64,000 nt of DNA. Origin: Candidatus Alloenteromonas pullicola. Its GTDB lineage: Bacteria > Bacillota_I > Bacilli_A > RFN20 > CAG-826. The stretch lies in assembly GCA_018714785.1 (NCBI GenBank), contig DVMV01000018.1, positions 10,540 to 74,539 of the forward strand, written 5' to 3'. The translations under genes and the position numbers were made by a program. Below are positions 43,199 to 56,691 of the stretch, one piece after another (position 1 is the first letter of the stretch; every line of letters begins with the position of its first letter). Under the pieces are notes generated by a model, which saw nothing but the letters and a program-made list of their open reading frames with translations, was not told the DNA's origin and did no database searches.

Positions 43199-44545
43199 TT
43201 AGGCCCTGGCGTTGTCGACTTTGGTCATCTGCTCGGTGATCTGCTTTTCCAAATCGTAGTCGGAGTCGTTGACCTTCAGCTTGATGTACTTCAGCACCTC
43301 GCCATAGGCGTCCTTCAGCTGCGGGTACTTGACCATGTGAGGACGGGTGTAGGTGTTGGCTTTGAGGTAGTCGGCGAGATCCTTCTCCGGCCCGGACTGC
43401 AAGTCCTCAAGAGAAGAGAGGAGCTCGACGTTGGTCGGGTAGGTTCCGATGGCGTTGTAAAGCATCTCGGAGCTCGAGGCGCCGCAGAGGTATTTGAGGA
43501 CCAGGCTCGAGGCCTCGAGGTTCTTGCTGCTCTTGGTGATGCCGAAGCCGAACGAGCCGCAGGGGGAGGCGATGATGTCGCCCTTATTGCCGTTGCCGTC
43601 TTCGTAGACCGGGTAAGGCATGATGCCGTAGTTACCCTTGACGGCGCTATTGCCCTTCTTGATGGTCCTGGCATCCCAGGGGCCATAGACCTCAAACGGA
43701 ACCACTCCCTGCGAGAAGGCCTTGTCGTTGGTCCCATTGTAGACCCAAGGAGAATCCGATCCGGATATTCCATCATCGGAATAGAATTGCTCAAGCTGCT
43801 TTATGCCATTGATGGCTTCGTCGGAGGTAAGCGCTTCGGTGACGTGATTCTCGGTGCCAAAGGTCCCGCCCGCGGAATACACAAGGGGCGAATAAAGGTA
43901 CATATACCCATCGTCGCCGAATCCGGCCTTGAGGTCGATCTGATAGGGCTGCCCCACTTCCTTTAGCTTCTCTTGAGCTTCGTGAATGTCGTTCCAGCTC
44001 CAGGGGCTTTCATAGGTCGGGAAATCCGCGTCGGTGTATCCCGCCGCGCGGAGCATGGTCTTGTTGTAGTAGACGCCGCCCGGGGCTTCCATCGGGGATA
44101 GGAAATAAAGCTCGGCGTCAATGGTGCCCTGCTCGATGACCGAGTCGACGAAGGAGTTCTTCTCCTCGTCGGTGATGTAATCATCGAATGGGATGATAAT
44201 CCCGGCGTTGGCTTTGGCGGTGACGTCGGAGGAGTCGACGGCGATGATGTCCGGCAGCTTGTTGGTCAAAACCGAGCCGTCGATCTTGGTCTCCAATGTG
44301 GAGCCATAGAAGGAGATGCTCATCTTGACGGTCTGGCCGTTTTTCAGGGTGTGGCCCTCGTTGTTGAACTGTGTCTGGATCTGCTTATAGACCTTGCCCT
44401 CGTCGTCCTGCTCGTTCTTGTGGACCCAAATCGTGACGATCTTGGCTCCCGTGGGGTCGGTATCGTCCTCGCCTCCGCAGGAAGTCAGGGGCGCCGCGGC
44501 CGCTAGGCAAAGCAAGGCCGCGAAGGAGAAGTATTTTGATTTCAT
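43199..44545 (-). CDS. ABC transporter solute-binding lipoprotein (probable fructo-oligosaccharide binding)
   Basis: Signal peptide plus LTSC lipobox; 448 aa SBP-like; first gene after promoter/operator; GGAGGAAA RBS. Confidence 0.8.
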   Translation of the reverse strand: MKSKYFSFAALLCLAAAAPLTSCGGEDDTDPTGAKIVTIWVHKNEQDDEGKVYKQIQTQFNNEGHTLKNGQTVKMSISFYGSTLETKIDGSVLTNKLPDIIAVDSSDVTAKANAGIIIPFDDYITDEEKNSFVDSVIEQGTIDAELYFLSPMEAPGGVYYNKTMLRAAGYTDADFPTYESPWSWNDIHEAQEKLKEVGQPYQIDLKAGFGDDGYMYLYSPLVYSAGGTFGTENHVTEALTSDEAINGIKQLEQFYSDDGISGSDSPWVYNGTNDKAFSQGVVPFEVYGPWDARTIKKGNSAVKGNYGIMPYPVYEDGNGNKGDIIASPCGSFGFGITKSSKNLEASSLVLKYLCGASSSEMLYNAIGTYPTNVELLSSLEDLQSGPEKDLADYLKANTYTRPHMVKYPQLKDAYGEVLKYIKLKVNDSDYDLEKQITEQMTKVDNARA

Positions 44546-44558
44546 CGGTTTCCTCCAT

Positions 44559-44576
44559 TGCGGGAACGTTCCCGCA
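44559..44576. promoter_or_regulatory. 18-bp perfect palindrome TGCGGGAACGTTCCCGCA (LacI-family-type operator) between the -10 box and the RBS of the fructan operon
   Basis: Read directly; 7 nt downstream of the -10 hexamer. Confidence 0.5.
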
Positions 44577-44583
44577 TGCTTAG

Positions 44584-44612
44584 ATTATATAGTCCGATGT
44601 AAGGGGTTTCAA
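44584..44612 (-). promoter_or_regulatory. Sigma-A-type promoter TTGAAA-N17-TATAAT for the fructan operon
   Basis: Minus-strand reading CTGTTGAAACCCCTTACATCGGACTATATAATC; hexamers and spacing match consensus. Confidence 0.5.
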
Positions 44613-44649
44613 CAGGCAAAAAATCATTTCTTTAGCTGTTGGGAGAAAA

Positions 44650-44684
44650 CGATAAAAACAAAAGGCGGAGTATTGCTTCCGCCG
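44650..44684 (-). terminator. Rho-independent terminator after the alpha/beta-hydrolase gene (GGCGGA-loop-TCCGCC followed by U-rich tract on the minus strand)
   Basis: Read directly. Confidence 0.5.
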
Positions 44685-44700
44685 ATTTCCCGATTGTTTC

Positions 44701-45603
44701 CTATTCTAGGAAAGAGACGACGTCGCGGTAGACTTCCGCCTTGCCGTCCTCGTTCAAGACCTCATGCCGCATATTCGGATATAGGTGCAGCACGACCTTG
44801 CTTAGCCCAAGGCGGCGATAGGTGTCGTAAAGCCAGACCAATCCGGAGCCGAATTGCCCCACCGGGTCCTGCTTGCCGGAGATGATGAGCACCTCGGTCG
44901 ACTTGTCGATCTTATTGAGGTTCTTCTTCTCCCAGATGCGCTTCATCCCATCGAGGAACCCGAGCCAGAAGGAGCCGGTGTTGGGGTTGCCGCATAGCGG
45001 ATCCTCGAGGTAGGCCTTGACGTTGTCTTCGTTGTAGGAGAGCCAGTCGGCGGATGTCTTGCAGGGCGCGACCGCGTCGGCGTAGACGTCCAAGGAGAGC
45101 TTGGTGAGCAGCTTGACCGGCTTCTCCATGTTCCCCTTATGGACCAGGATGTGGGCTAGTAGGCTCGCGAGCTTCATCAGGCCAAGCTGGCCGCCGTTGG
45201 AGCCACAGAGTATCGCCTTCTTGGCGAGGCCGGGGTGCTCTTCTAATAGCGACTGGACCATGAACGAGCCCATCGAGTGCCCCATGACGTAGGCGGGCTT
45301 TCCGTTCTTCCCGGCCAACTTAAGGGCCAAGGCAATGCCGTCGACGTTCTTCGCAAAGCCATCTTCCGGCCAGACCTGGATCGGGTGGCCATCATCGACG
45401 TTAAGCCCCTGCCCGAAGGCATCGAGGACGTAGACGTCGTATCCTTGCTCATTCAGGAAACGCGCGAAGCCCTCGTAGCGGAGCGCGTGCTCCTGCATGC
45501 CGGTGGCGATGACTAAGCTTCCTATCGCTTCCTTGGCCTTCCAATTCCGGCCTTTGAGCGTCTCCCCGGTGGGGAGCTTTACCTCGAAGATCTCGTTTTC
45601 CAT
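44701..45603 (-). CDS. Alpha/beta-fold hydrolase (lysophospholipase/monoacylglycerol-lipase-like)
   Basis: GHSMGS nucleophile elbow; ~300 aa. Confidence 0.65.
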   Translation of the reverse strand: MENEIFEVKLPTGETLKGRNWKAKEAIGSLVIATGMQEHALRYEGFARFLNEQGYDVYVLDAFGQGLNVDDGHPIQVWPEDGFAKNVDGIALALKLAGKNGKPAYVMGHSMGSFMVQSLLEEHPGLAKKAILCGSNGGQLGLMKLASLLAHILVHKGNMEKPVKLLTKLSLDVYADAVAPCKTSADWLSYNEDNVKAYLEDPLCGNPNTGSFWLGFLDGMKRIWEKKNLNKIDKSTEVLIISGKQDPVGQFGSGLVWLYDTYRRLGLSKVVLHLYPNMRHEVLNEDGKAEVYRDVVSFLE

Positions 45604-45608
45604 CGTGC

Positions 45609-46625
45609 TTACTCTATCCCGTTGGGGTTCTTCTTCTGGAAGTTGTAGGCGTCGCGGCAGGCGTCGACGATGTTGAGCTTCGCTTTCCAGCCGAGCTCCT
45701 TGTAGGCGAGGTCGCAGTTGGCGTAGTTCTCGGCGACGTCCCCCTCCCGCGGCTCGACGATCTGATAGGGGATCTTTATGCCGTTGGCCTGCTCGAAGGC
45801 GTGGACCAGCTCCAGGACCGAGGTCCCCTTGCCGGTGCCGAGGTTATAGATGACGAGCCCCGGGTCGGTGGCTAGCTTCTTTAGCGTGGCGACGTGGCCC
45901 TCGGCGAGGTCGACGACGTGGATGTAGTCGCGGATTCCGGTGCCGTCTGGGGTCGGGTAGTTATCCCCGAAGACGCGGAGGTACGGGAGCTTGCCGATGG
46001 CGACCTGGCTTATGTAGGGCATCAGGTTGTTGGGGATGCCGTTGGGGTCCTCGCCGAGCAGTCCCGATGGATGGGCCCCGATCGGGTTGAAGTAGCGAAG
46101 CAATGCGACGTTGAGCCCCTTATCGGCCTTGCAGGCGTCCTCGAGTATCCGCTCGATCATGACCTTGCTCTCGCCATAGGGGTTGGTGGCGCTTTCGACG
46201 GGGTCGGTCTCGGTCAGCGGGACGTGCTTGGGCACGCCGTAGACGGTGGCCGAGGAGGAGAAGACGATGCTGCGCACGCCGTATTCCTTCATGCAGCGGA
46301 GTATGTTGCAGGTGCTGATCAGGTTGTTGGAGTAGTACTCGATCGGCTTCTGGACCGATTCCCCCACCGCCTTGAGCCCGGCGAAGTGGATGACCGCATC
46401 GAACTTATCCGAGGCGAAGACCTTCTTCAGCGACTCCAAGTCGCAGCAATCCACATGGTGGAAGGCCGGGCGGACCCCGGTGATGGTCTCAATCCGGTCG
46501 ACGACCGCCGGCTTTGAATTGCAGAGGCTGTCGACGATGGTCGGCTCGTAGCCGCCCTCGATTAGCTTGATGACGGTCTCGGAACCGATGAACCCGGTCC
46601 CCCCGGTGACGAGGATCTTCTTCAT
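45609..46625 (-). CDS. galE: UDP-glucose 4-epimerase
   Basis: N-terminal VTGGTGFIGS Rossmann motif; YxxxK; 338 aa; characteristic GalE blocks. Confidence 0.9.
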   Translation of the reverse strand: MKKILVTGGTGFIGSETVIKLIEGGYEPTIVDSLCNSKPAVVDRIETITGVRPAFHHVDCCDLESLKKVFASDKFDAVIHFAGLKAVGESVQKPIEYYSNNLISTCNILRCMKEYGVRSIVFSSSATVYGVPKHVPLTETDPVESATNPYGESKVMIERILEDACKADKGLNVALLRYFNPIGAHPSGLLGEDPNGIPNNLMPYISQVAIGKLPYLRVFGDNYPTPDGTGIRDYIHVVDLAEGHVATLKKLATDPGLVIYNLGTGKGTSVLELVHAFEQANGIKIPYQIVEPREGDVAENYANCDLAYKELGWKAKLNIVDACRDAYNFQKKNPNGIE

Positions 46626-47335
46626 TGCTGCTTCTCCTTTTTCTTTCCTTCCTTTTGCTCGGCGAGGCGCTTGGCCTCCTTCTTCCCGAGGCTCTTCTCC
46701 TTCTTAAGCTCGGAGCTTCCCTTCTCGGGCAAAGAGGCTTCCTTGCCGTGCTTATGCGTCCTAAGCACATCTATTATATATTCGCTGAGCAGCTTGTTGG
46801 CCTGCGCCTGGATGGAAAGGCGAAGGGCTAGCAGGGCCAACGAGTTCTCGGCGTTCTCCTCGGCGGACTTGGCCTTCTTGGCGGCCTCGCCGCGGTAGCG
46901 CTTGTAGATCTCCTCGACCCGCGGGGCGGTCTTCTTCGCGGACTCGGACAGTATCGAGGTCTCGAGCTCGCAGAAGAAGGCGTAGAGGCGGTCCTTGTTG
47001 GAGCTCACGCCCTTGTCGTATTCGAGCAGTATCGACACGTCGGACATGGAGATGGTGGTCTTCATGAGGCAGATGGCCATCAGGTAGCCGATCTGGTCGC
47101 GGGAGTACTTCTTCTTGACCGGCTCCTCGATCATCTTGGCCTTGACGTAGTTGTTGACCATGAAGGAGGTCAGGGCCCTCTCCTGATGGGGGCTAAGCGA
47201 CGACAAAGCGCCGTTGATGAAGGTCAATACCTGCTCCATGTATTGCCCGACCAAAGGCAATTCCTTGTATTTCGGAAGCGAAAAGGAGGCTAGGTTATGC
47301 AGATAACCCTGCAGTTCCTCGATTTCCTTCTTCAT
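46622..47335 (-). CDS. Hypothetical protein with Lys/Glu-rich C-terminal tail (possibly DUF1836-like, as often found after gatB in Firmicutes)
   Basis: Start re-called at MKKEIEELQGYL with GAGGAG RBS and ATGA overlap with gatB; family guess by context only. Confidence 0.45.
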   Translation of the reverse strand: MKKEIEELQGYLHNLASFSLPKYKELPLVGQYMEQVLTFINGALSSLSPHQERALTSFMVNNYVKAKMIEEPVKKKYSRDQIGYLMAICLMKTTISMSDVSILLEYDKGVSSNKDRLYAFFCELETSILSESAKKTAPRVEEIYKRYRGEAAKKAKSAEENAENSLALLALRLSIQAQANKLLSEYIIDVLRTHKHGKEASLPEKGSSELKKEKSLGKKEAKRLAEQKEGKKKEKQQ

Positions 47336-48759
47336 CTTTTGGCTAGCTCCTCCGCCATGACCTTGCTCACGGCCTGCGGGGAAACCTTCCCCTTGCCGAG
47401 CTTCATGCACTGGCCGATCAGGAATCCCATCGCCCTTCCGTTGCCCGACTTGTAGTCGGCGATGGACTTCGGGTTGGCCTCGAGCACCTGCTCGACCAGG
47501 GCCTTGATGGCCCCTTCGTCGGACACCTGCTTCTGGATGTGGAGGGCCTCGAAGGCCTCATCCACGCCGCAGAGGTGGTCAAGGCAATATATGAGGGCGT
47601 CGGCGCATTGCTTGTGGGAATAGCCCTCGTCCTGCTTCTTGGCGCAGGAAGAAAGCAATGAGGCCTCGACCCCGATCTCGGATAGTCCCTTGCCCTTCTT
47701 GTTGAGGTAGCCAAGCACCTCGCCGAGGAGGAAGTTCGCGATGACCTTGGCGTTGCCCCCGTCCTCAAGCGCCTTCTCGAAATAGGAGGCGAGCTGCAGC
47801 GAGGAAAGTATGACCTCGACGTCTTGAAGCGGCAACCCGAGCTTGAGGTAGCGCTCCTTCTTCTCTTCGTATAGCTCCGGGCAGGAATCGATCGCGTCCT
47901 TGACGAACTGCTCGGAGAGCAATATCGGGGCGATGTTGGGCTCGGGGAAGTACTTGTAGTCGACCGCGTCGGTCTTGACGCGCATCAAGACGGTCTTGCC
48001 GCTGGCCTCGTCGAAGCGCCTTGTCTCCTGGGCGATCGGGGTGGAGGAAAGAAGGCAGGCCTCCTGGCGCTTGATCTCGTAGTCGAGGGCGAGCTGGATG
48101 TTTTTTATCGAGTTTAGGTTCTTCAGCTCCACCTTGGTGCCGAAGCCCTTGTAGCCCACCGGGCGGAGGGAGACGTTGACGTCGCAGCGCAGCGACCCCT
48201 CCTCCATCTTGCCGTCGCTGGTAAGCGAGTAGACGACGATGTTGCGGATGGCCTCGACGTAGTGCATGGCCTCGGTGCCGCTGGCGATGTCGGGCATCGA
48301 GACGATCTCCACCAGCGGCGTCCCGGCGCGGTTGTAGTCTAGAAGCGAGCAATCCGGGAAGTGGACCTGCTTGCAGGTGTCCTCCTCCATGTGGATTCGC
48401 TCGATGCGGACGCGCTTGGTGTTGCCGCGCTCATCCAATATGTCGAGGTAGCCGTTGCTGCCGATTGGGTGGAACTGCTGGGTGATCTGGAATCCCTTGG
48501 GGAGGTCGGAGTAGAAGTAGTTCTTGCGGTCGAACCTAACCAACGGGTCGATGGTCATGTGCAAGGCGTTGGCAACGCGGATGGCGTTGATGACCGCCTG
48601 CTTGTTGACCCGCGGCATCGTGCCGGGGTAGGCCATGTCGAAGGGCGTGACCTCGGTATTGGGCTCGTGGGAGAAGGAATTCGGCGAGGAGGAGAACATC
48701 TTCGACCTCGTCTTCATCTGGACGTGGATCTCCAGTCCAATTACCGGCTCGAAGTTCAT
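47332..48759 (-). CDS. gatB: Asp-tRNA(Asn)/Glu-tRNA(Gln) amidotransferase subunit B
   Basis: 475 aa; N-terminal MNFEPVIGLEIHVQ and overall GatB blocks; in gatCAB order. Confidence 0.9.
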   Translation of the reverse strand: MNFEPVIGLEIHVQMKTRSKMFSSSPNSFSHEPNTEVTPFDMAYPGTMPRVNKQAVINAIRVANALHMTIDPLVRFDRKNYFYSDLPKGFQITQQFHPIGSNGYLDILDERGNTKRVRIERIHMEEDTCKQVHFPDCSLLDYNRAGTPLVEIVSMPDIASGTEAMHYVEAIRNIVVYSLTSDGKMEEGSLRCDVNVSLRPVGYKGFGTKVELKNLNSIKNIQLALDYEIKRQEACLLSSTPIAQETRRFDEASGKTVLMRVKTDAVDYKYFPEPNIAPILLSEQFVKDAIDSCPELYEEKKERYLKLGLPLQDVEVILSSLQLASYFEKALEDGGNAKVIANFLLGEVLGYLNKKGKGLSEIGVEASLLSSCAKKQDEGYSHKQCADALIYCLDHLCGVDEAFEALHIQKQVSDEGAIKALVEQVLEANPKSIADYKSGNGRAMGFLIGQCMKLGKGKVSPQAVSKVMAEELAKR

Positions 48760-50228
48760 AGGTTGCCCTCCTTTCTGTTAACGTGGCTGACCCCGCCTAG
48801 CCCGGTTATCTCCTCGACCTTGTTGGCGAGGTTGAGCAGCAGCTTCTCGGAGAAGGCGGCGCTCATGAGGTTGACCCCAAGCGGCATCCCACCCTCGAAT
48901 CCGAGCGGGACGGTGATCGAGGGGAGACCGGCGAAGTTGCCTAGCGCCAGGTGGTTGTCGGCGATGAGGTATTCGCTGGATAGCTTGTCGCTGCTATGGG
49001 CGAATTTGGGGGCGATTGAGGGCGCGGCGGGCACCAAATAGGCATCGTAATGGGACAGGAAATAGAGCGTGCGCTCGACGATCTTGGCCCGGTTGCGCTG
49101 GGCGCGCAGGAAGAGGTCCTCCTGGTTCTCCCTCATCAAGGCGAAGCTGCCGATGACGAAGCGGCGCTTGATGAGCTCCGAGAACCCTTTGGTGCGGGCG
49201 TTCTTCATGACCTCCTGATAGGACTTGCCGCCGTAATAGGGGCCGAACTTTATCCCGTCGAGGTTGGCGTCGTTTGACGTCGCCTCGGCGCAGGAGATGA
49301 CGATGTAGGTCGCGTAGATCGAGCGCAGCAATTCCTCGCCGAACTCGACCTCCTCGACTATGGCGCCCTGCTTGCGCAGCGCCTCGGATAGGGCGTTGAA
49401 CTTGCCCTTCATCATGGGGTCGTCGATGGAGTCGATTATCTCCTTGATGACCGCGAAACGGCGTCCGCTGAGCGGGTTGTTTATCTCGGAAAGGTAATCC
49501 TCGACCGGCTTGGTCGACGAGGTGAAGTCCATCTCGTCGTAGCCGGCTAAGGCGTTTAATAGCACCGCCGCGTCGGAGACGTAGCGGGTGAAGTAGCCGA
49601 CGTGGTCCAGGCTCGGGGCGAAGGGGAAAAGGCCATAGCGGGAGATCCTCCCCCAGGTCGGCTTGAAGCCAACCAGCCCCGCGAGGGAGGCGGGCTTCCT
49701 GACCGAGTCGCCGGTATCAGAGCCCAGGGCGAAGACAGCCTCCCCATCGGCCATGCTGGCGGCCGAGCCGCAGCTTGATCCGCCGACCATCCTCTCGTGG
49801 GATGGGTCGTAGGGGTTGTAGGTTATGCCCTTATGCCCGGTGGTGCCGGTGCCGCCCATGGCGAGCTCGTCGAGGGTCGACTTGCCCATCATGACGCATT
49901 TGCGGTCGGCTAGTTTCTTGACGACGGTGGCGTCATATAGCGGCACATAGCCGTTTAAGACATTGCTGGAGGCAGTCGTTTCTATTCCCTTGGTCGAGAA
50001 GTTATCCTTGGCGACGTAGGGGATGCCGTATAGGGGGTTGTCCTCCTCGAAGCAGGTGAGCGATGCGGCCTGCTCCGCGGCCTGGTCCAGAAGCGTCTTC
50101 TCGAAGGCGTTGTTGGAATCTTCGGCGATCCGCTTGGCGGATTCACTAACCAAGGCCTCGGGGGTGACCTCCCCCTTCTTCATGGCCTCGTGGATCTGCA
50201 ATATGCTCCTATCGATGTATCCCATCAT
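48756..50228 (-). CDS. gatA: Glutamyl-tRNA(Gln) amidotransferase subunit A (amidase signature family)
   Basis: GGSSCGSAASMADG amidase signature; 490 aa. Confidence 0.9.
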   Translation of the reverse strand: MMGYIDRSILQIHEAMKKGEVTPEALVSESAKRIAEDSNNAFEKTLLDQAAEQAASLTCFEEDNPLYGIPYVAKDNFSTKGIETTASSNVLNGYVPLYDATVVKKLADRKCVMMGKSTLDELAMGGTGTTGHKGITYNPYDPSHERMVGGSSCGSAASMADGEAVFALGSDTGDSVRKPASLAGLVGFKPTWGRISRYGLFPFAPSLDHVGYFTRYVSDAAVLLNALAGYDEMDFTSSTKPVEDYLSEINNPLSGRRFAVIKEIIDSIDDPMMKGKFNALSEALRKQGAIVEEVEFGEELLRSIYATYIVISCAEATSNDANLDGIKFGPYYGGKSYQEVMKNARTKGFSELIKRRFVIGSFALMRENQEDLFLRAQRNRAKIVERTLYFLSHYDAYLVPAAPSIAPKFAHSSDKLSSEYLIADNHLALGNFAGLPSITVPLGFEGGMPLGVNLMSAAFSEKLLLNLANKVEEITGLGGVSHVNRKEGNL

Positions 50229-50521
50229 CCCACCACCTTCGGCAGCTTGATCTGCCCATTGGCGACCGAGCCGGCGTTAGAAAGCGCCTGCTCGCGGGTA
50301 AGCGGCTCCGAGGGGACGTCTTCCCGCAGTATGTCGGTATGGCAATCGAACGGGAAGGTCATCGGCTCATAGGATTCGAGCCCGCTGATCTTTCCGATCG
50401 TCTCCATCTGCTTGGTGAGGACCTTGAATTCCTCCAGCAGCGTGTCGTATTCGCCTTCCGACATGTCGAACATCAGCCGGTTGGCGGCGTCTTTTAGCAC
50501 TTCTTTGGTTATTTCCTTCAT
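50225..50521 (-). CDS. gatC: Glutamyl-tRNA(Gln) amidotransferase subunit C
   Basis: 98 aa; position immediately upstream of gatA with 4-nt overlap. Confidence 0.8.
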   Translation of the reverse strand: MKEITKEVLKDAANRLMFDMSEGEYDTLLEEFKVLTKQMETIGKISGLESYEPMTFPFDCHTDILREDVPSEPLTREQALSNAGSVANGQIKLPKVVG

Positions 50522-50539
50522 AAGCTTATCCAGTATACC

Positions 50540-52561
<2,022 letters not shown>

Positions 52562-52569
52562 CTATTCTA

Positions 52570-54897
<2,328 letters not shown>

Positions 54898-55148
54898 AAC
54901 GCGAATATTCTACCCTTTGGGTAGCCGTGTTTTGAATACATAGCCCAACAAATCGCCTTGCGGTCCGCTAAAAAAGGGGGACGCAAATGGAGGGCTGGCC
55001 ATTCGTCTGCCAGCCCTCGGGAGAAAGGAGGTCATAGAAGCCGAGGGAGGTATAAGGTTTCGGCTTCCTGCTTGCAACATTATTATCCATAAATCGGTTA
55101 TGCGATGTCAAATCGCCCATGGGTGCGCGCAGATGGTAGAATCTTCCC

Positions 55149-56066
55149 ATGAGGCTGCTTAGCGAAAGGCAAACCGATTCGGAGAACCTATCCTTCTCCG
55201 CCATTTGCCTGTCCTTGGTCGGGGTTGTCAGCTGCCTGTCATCCTTCTTCCCGCTGCTGAGCTTGTTCGCGGTGCTGTTCCTGCCGCTGGTTGGGGCGGT
55301 GGAGTCGTATTGCTGCAAAACTCGCTACATCGTCGCCTTCGCCTTGGGGGCCGGGATCATCGGGCCGCTGCTGGGCGCCTATAGCGTCGACAACGTCCTC
55401 TTCTTCGTCCTCCCTTCGGTCTACGCCGGGCTGGCCTATGGCTATGGGCTAAGGAAGGGGATGGGCGATGAGATCCTCGTCTTCGTCTCGGCCTTGGTCG
55501 AGACCATCCTCTTCTTCGCCTCGGTCGCCTTCATCTACGCCGTCTATGGAATCGACATGAGGAAGGCCGTGTTCTCGCTGCTGGGCAAAGACGGGGAGGC
55601 GGCATACGCGATATTCCCGCTTTTCGGGTTCGCCTACAGCCTGTGCCAGGCCGGCATCTCACACCTTATCATCTATAACCTCGGCAACCGGATGTCGATG
55701 CAGCCGCAGAAGGGGCTCGACATATCGGCCTTCGAGGACGGGTTCGCCATCCTGATGCTGGCCGCTTGCTTCGGCATCGCCTACCTCGATATAAGCGCGG
55801 CCTATCTCTGCTTCGGGCTGGGCGCATACTTCGCCCTTTATTCGCTCCGGAGGATCGTCAAGGGAAGGTGGCTAATCGCATGCGCCATCGCCCTATGCGC
55901 CATCACGATGCTCGCCTCGGCCTACCTATACTCGAAGCTTCCGCAAAACGCCGGGATGATATCCTTCGCCCTGTTTTTGCTGCCGCTGCCTGCGGTCAGC
56001 CTCGCCAGCAAGCTAATAGGATTGGCAAAAAAGCCTGCAAAAGGCCATCGCGATGATGAAAAATAA
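55149..56066 (+). CDS. Polytopic integral membrane protein (about 8 TM), unknown function
   Basis: Hydrophobic helices throughout; TGGTAGAAT extended -10 element 6 nt upstream of the ATG (leaderless-type start). Confidence 0.55.
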   Translation: MRLLSERQTDSENLSFSAICLSLVGVVSCLSSFFPLLSLFAVLFLPLVGAVESYCCKTRYIVAFALGAGIIGPLLGAYSVDNVLFFVLPSVYAGLAYGYGLRKGMGDEILVFVSALVETILFFASVAFIYAVYGIDMRKAVFSLLGKDGEAAYAIFPLFGFAYSLCQAGISHLIIYNLGNRMSMQPQKGLDISAFEDGFAILMLAACFGIAYLDISAAYLCFGLGAYFALYSLRRIVKGRWLIACAIALCAITMLASAYLYSKLPQNAGMISFALFLLPLPAVSLASKLIGLAKKPAKGHRDDEK

Positions 56067-56121
56067 TGCAAAACCGCATCGATGGGGGCAAAATGATTCT
56101 CGCCTTAAGCCATCGGCTTAG

Positions 56122-56691
56122 ATGGTTGGCATAAAGCGAAGGCTAGATTACAATTGCGCTATGAAAGTTCTGCGGGAATTCGGCTTGGGCATACTCTACG
56201 CCATCCTTCTGCCAATCCTATTGGCCGTCGCCGCGGTGGTCGCGGTGTATGGGATTTTCAACTTTATGGTCGAGTTCGTGATCATGGTCGTCAATTTCTT
56301 CAAGGGCGAGAAGCTGTTCCCGCTATATAAGGAAGACAGGCAGGCGATGGAAATCTACCAGAAGGCCATCGACAAGGCCAACGGCACCGCCGAGCCGGAG
56401 AAGCCCGCCACCCAGAACGTCTACGTGCAGCAGAATTTCTACGCCACCCCCGGCATGGCCAACCAGATGCTTTCCCAGGCCGCGATGATGGATCCGAGCA
56501 AGATGATCCCGGGCGCGGCGAACCCGCAGCTGCCCGGCGGCGCGCCCTTCGCCTCCATCCCGCAGCAGATACCGCAGCAAGAAGAGCAGCCTAAGCCCGA
56601 GGTCGTCTCCGAGCAAACCGAGCCGGAGAAGCCCGAATCCAAGGTGATAGACGTCCCGCTCGCCAGCTTCCCCAAGGAGGGAGATGAATGA
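56122..56691 (+). CDS. Membrane protein with single N-terminal TM region and Pro/Gln-rich C-terminal tail (start possibly at 56161)
   Basis: TM GLGILYAILLPILLAVAAVVAVYGIF; low-complexity PQQIPQQEEQPKPE tail. Confidence 0.45.
   Translation: MVGIKRRLDYNCAMKVLREFGLGILYAILLPILLAVAAVVAVYGIFNFMVEFVIMVVNFFKGEKLFPLYKEDRQAMEIYQKAIDKANGTAEPEKPATQNVYVQQNFYATPGMANQMLSQAAMMDPSKMIPGAANPQLPGGAPFASIPQQIPQQEEQPKPEVVSEQTEPEKPESKVIDVPLASFPKEGDE

Noticed and set aside
54968-55318. 116-aa minus-strand ORF in the pcrA upstream region
   Set aside because: Spans intergenic hairpins and overlaps the start of the plus-strand membrane-protein gene; no RBS and no coding periodicity evident
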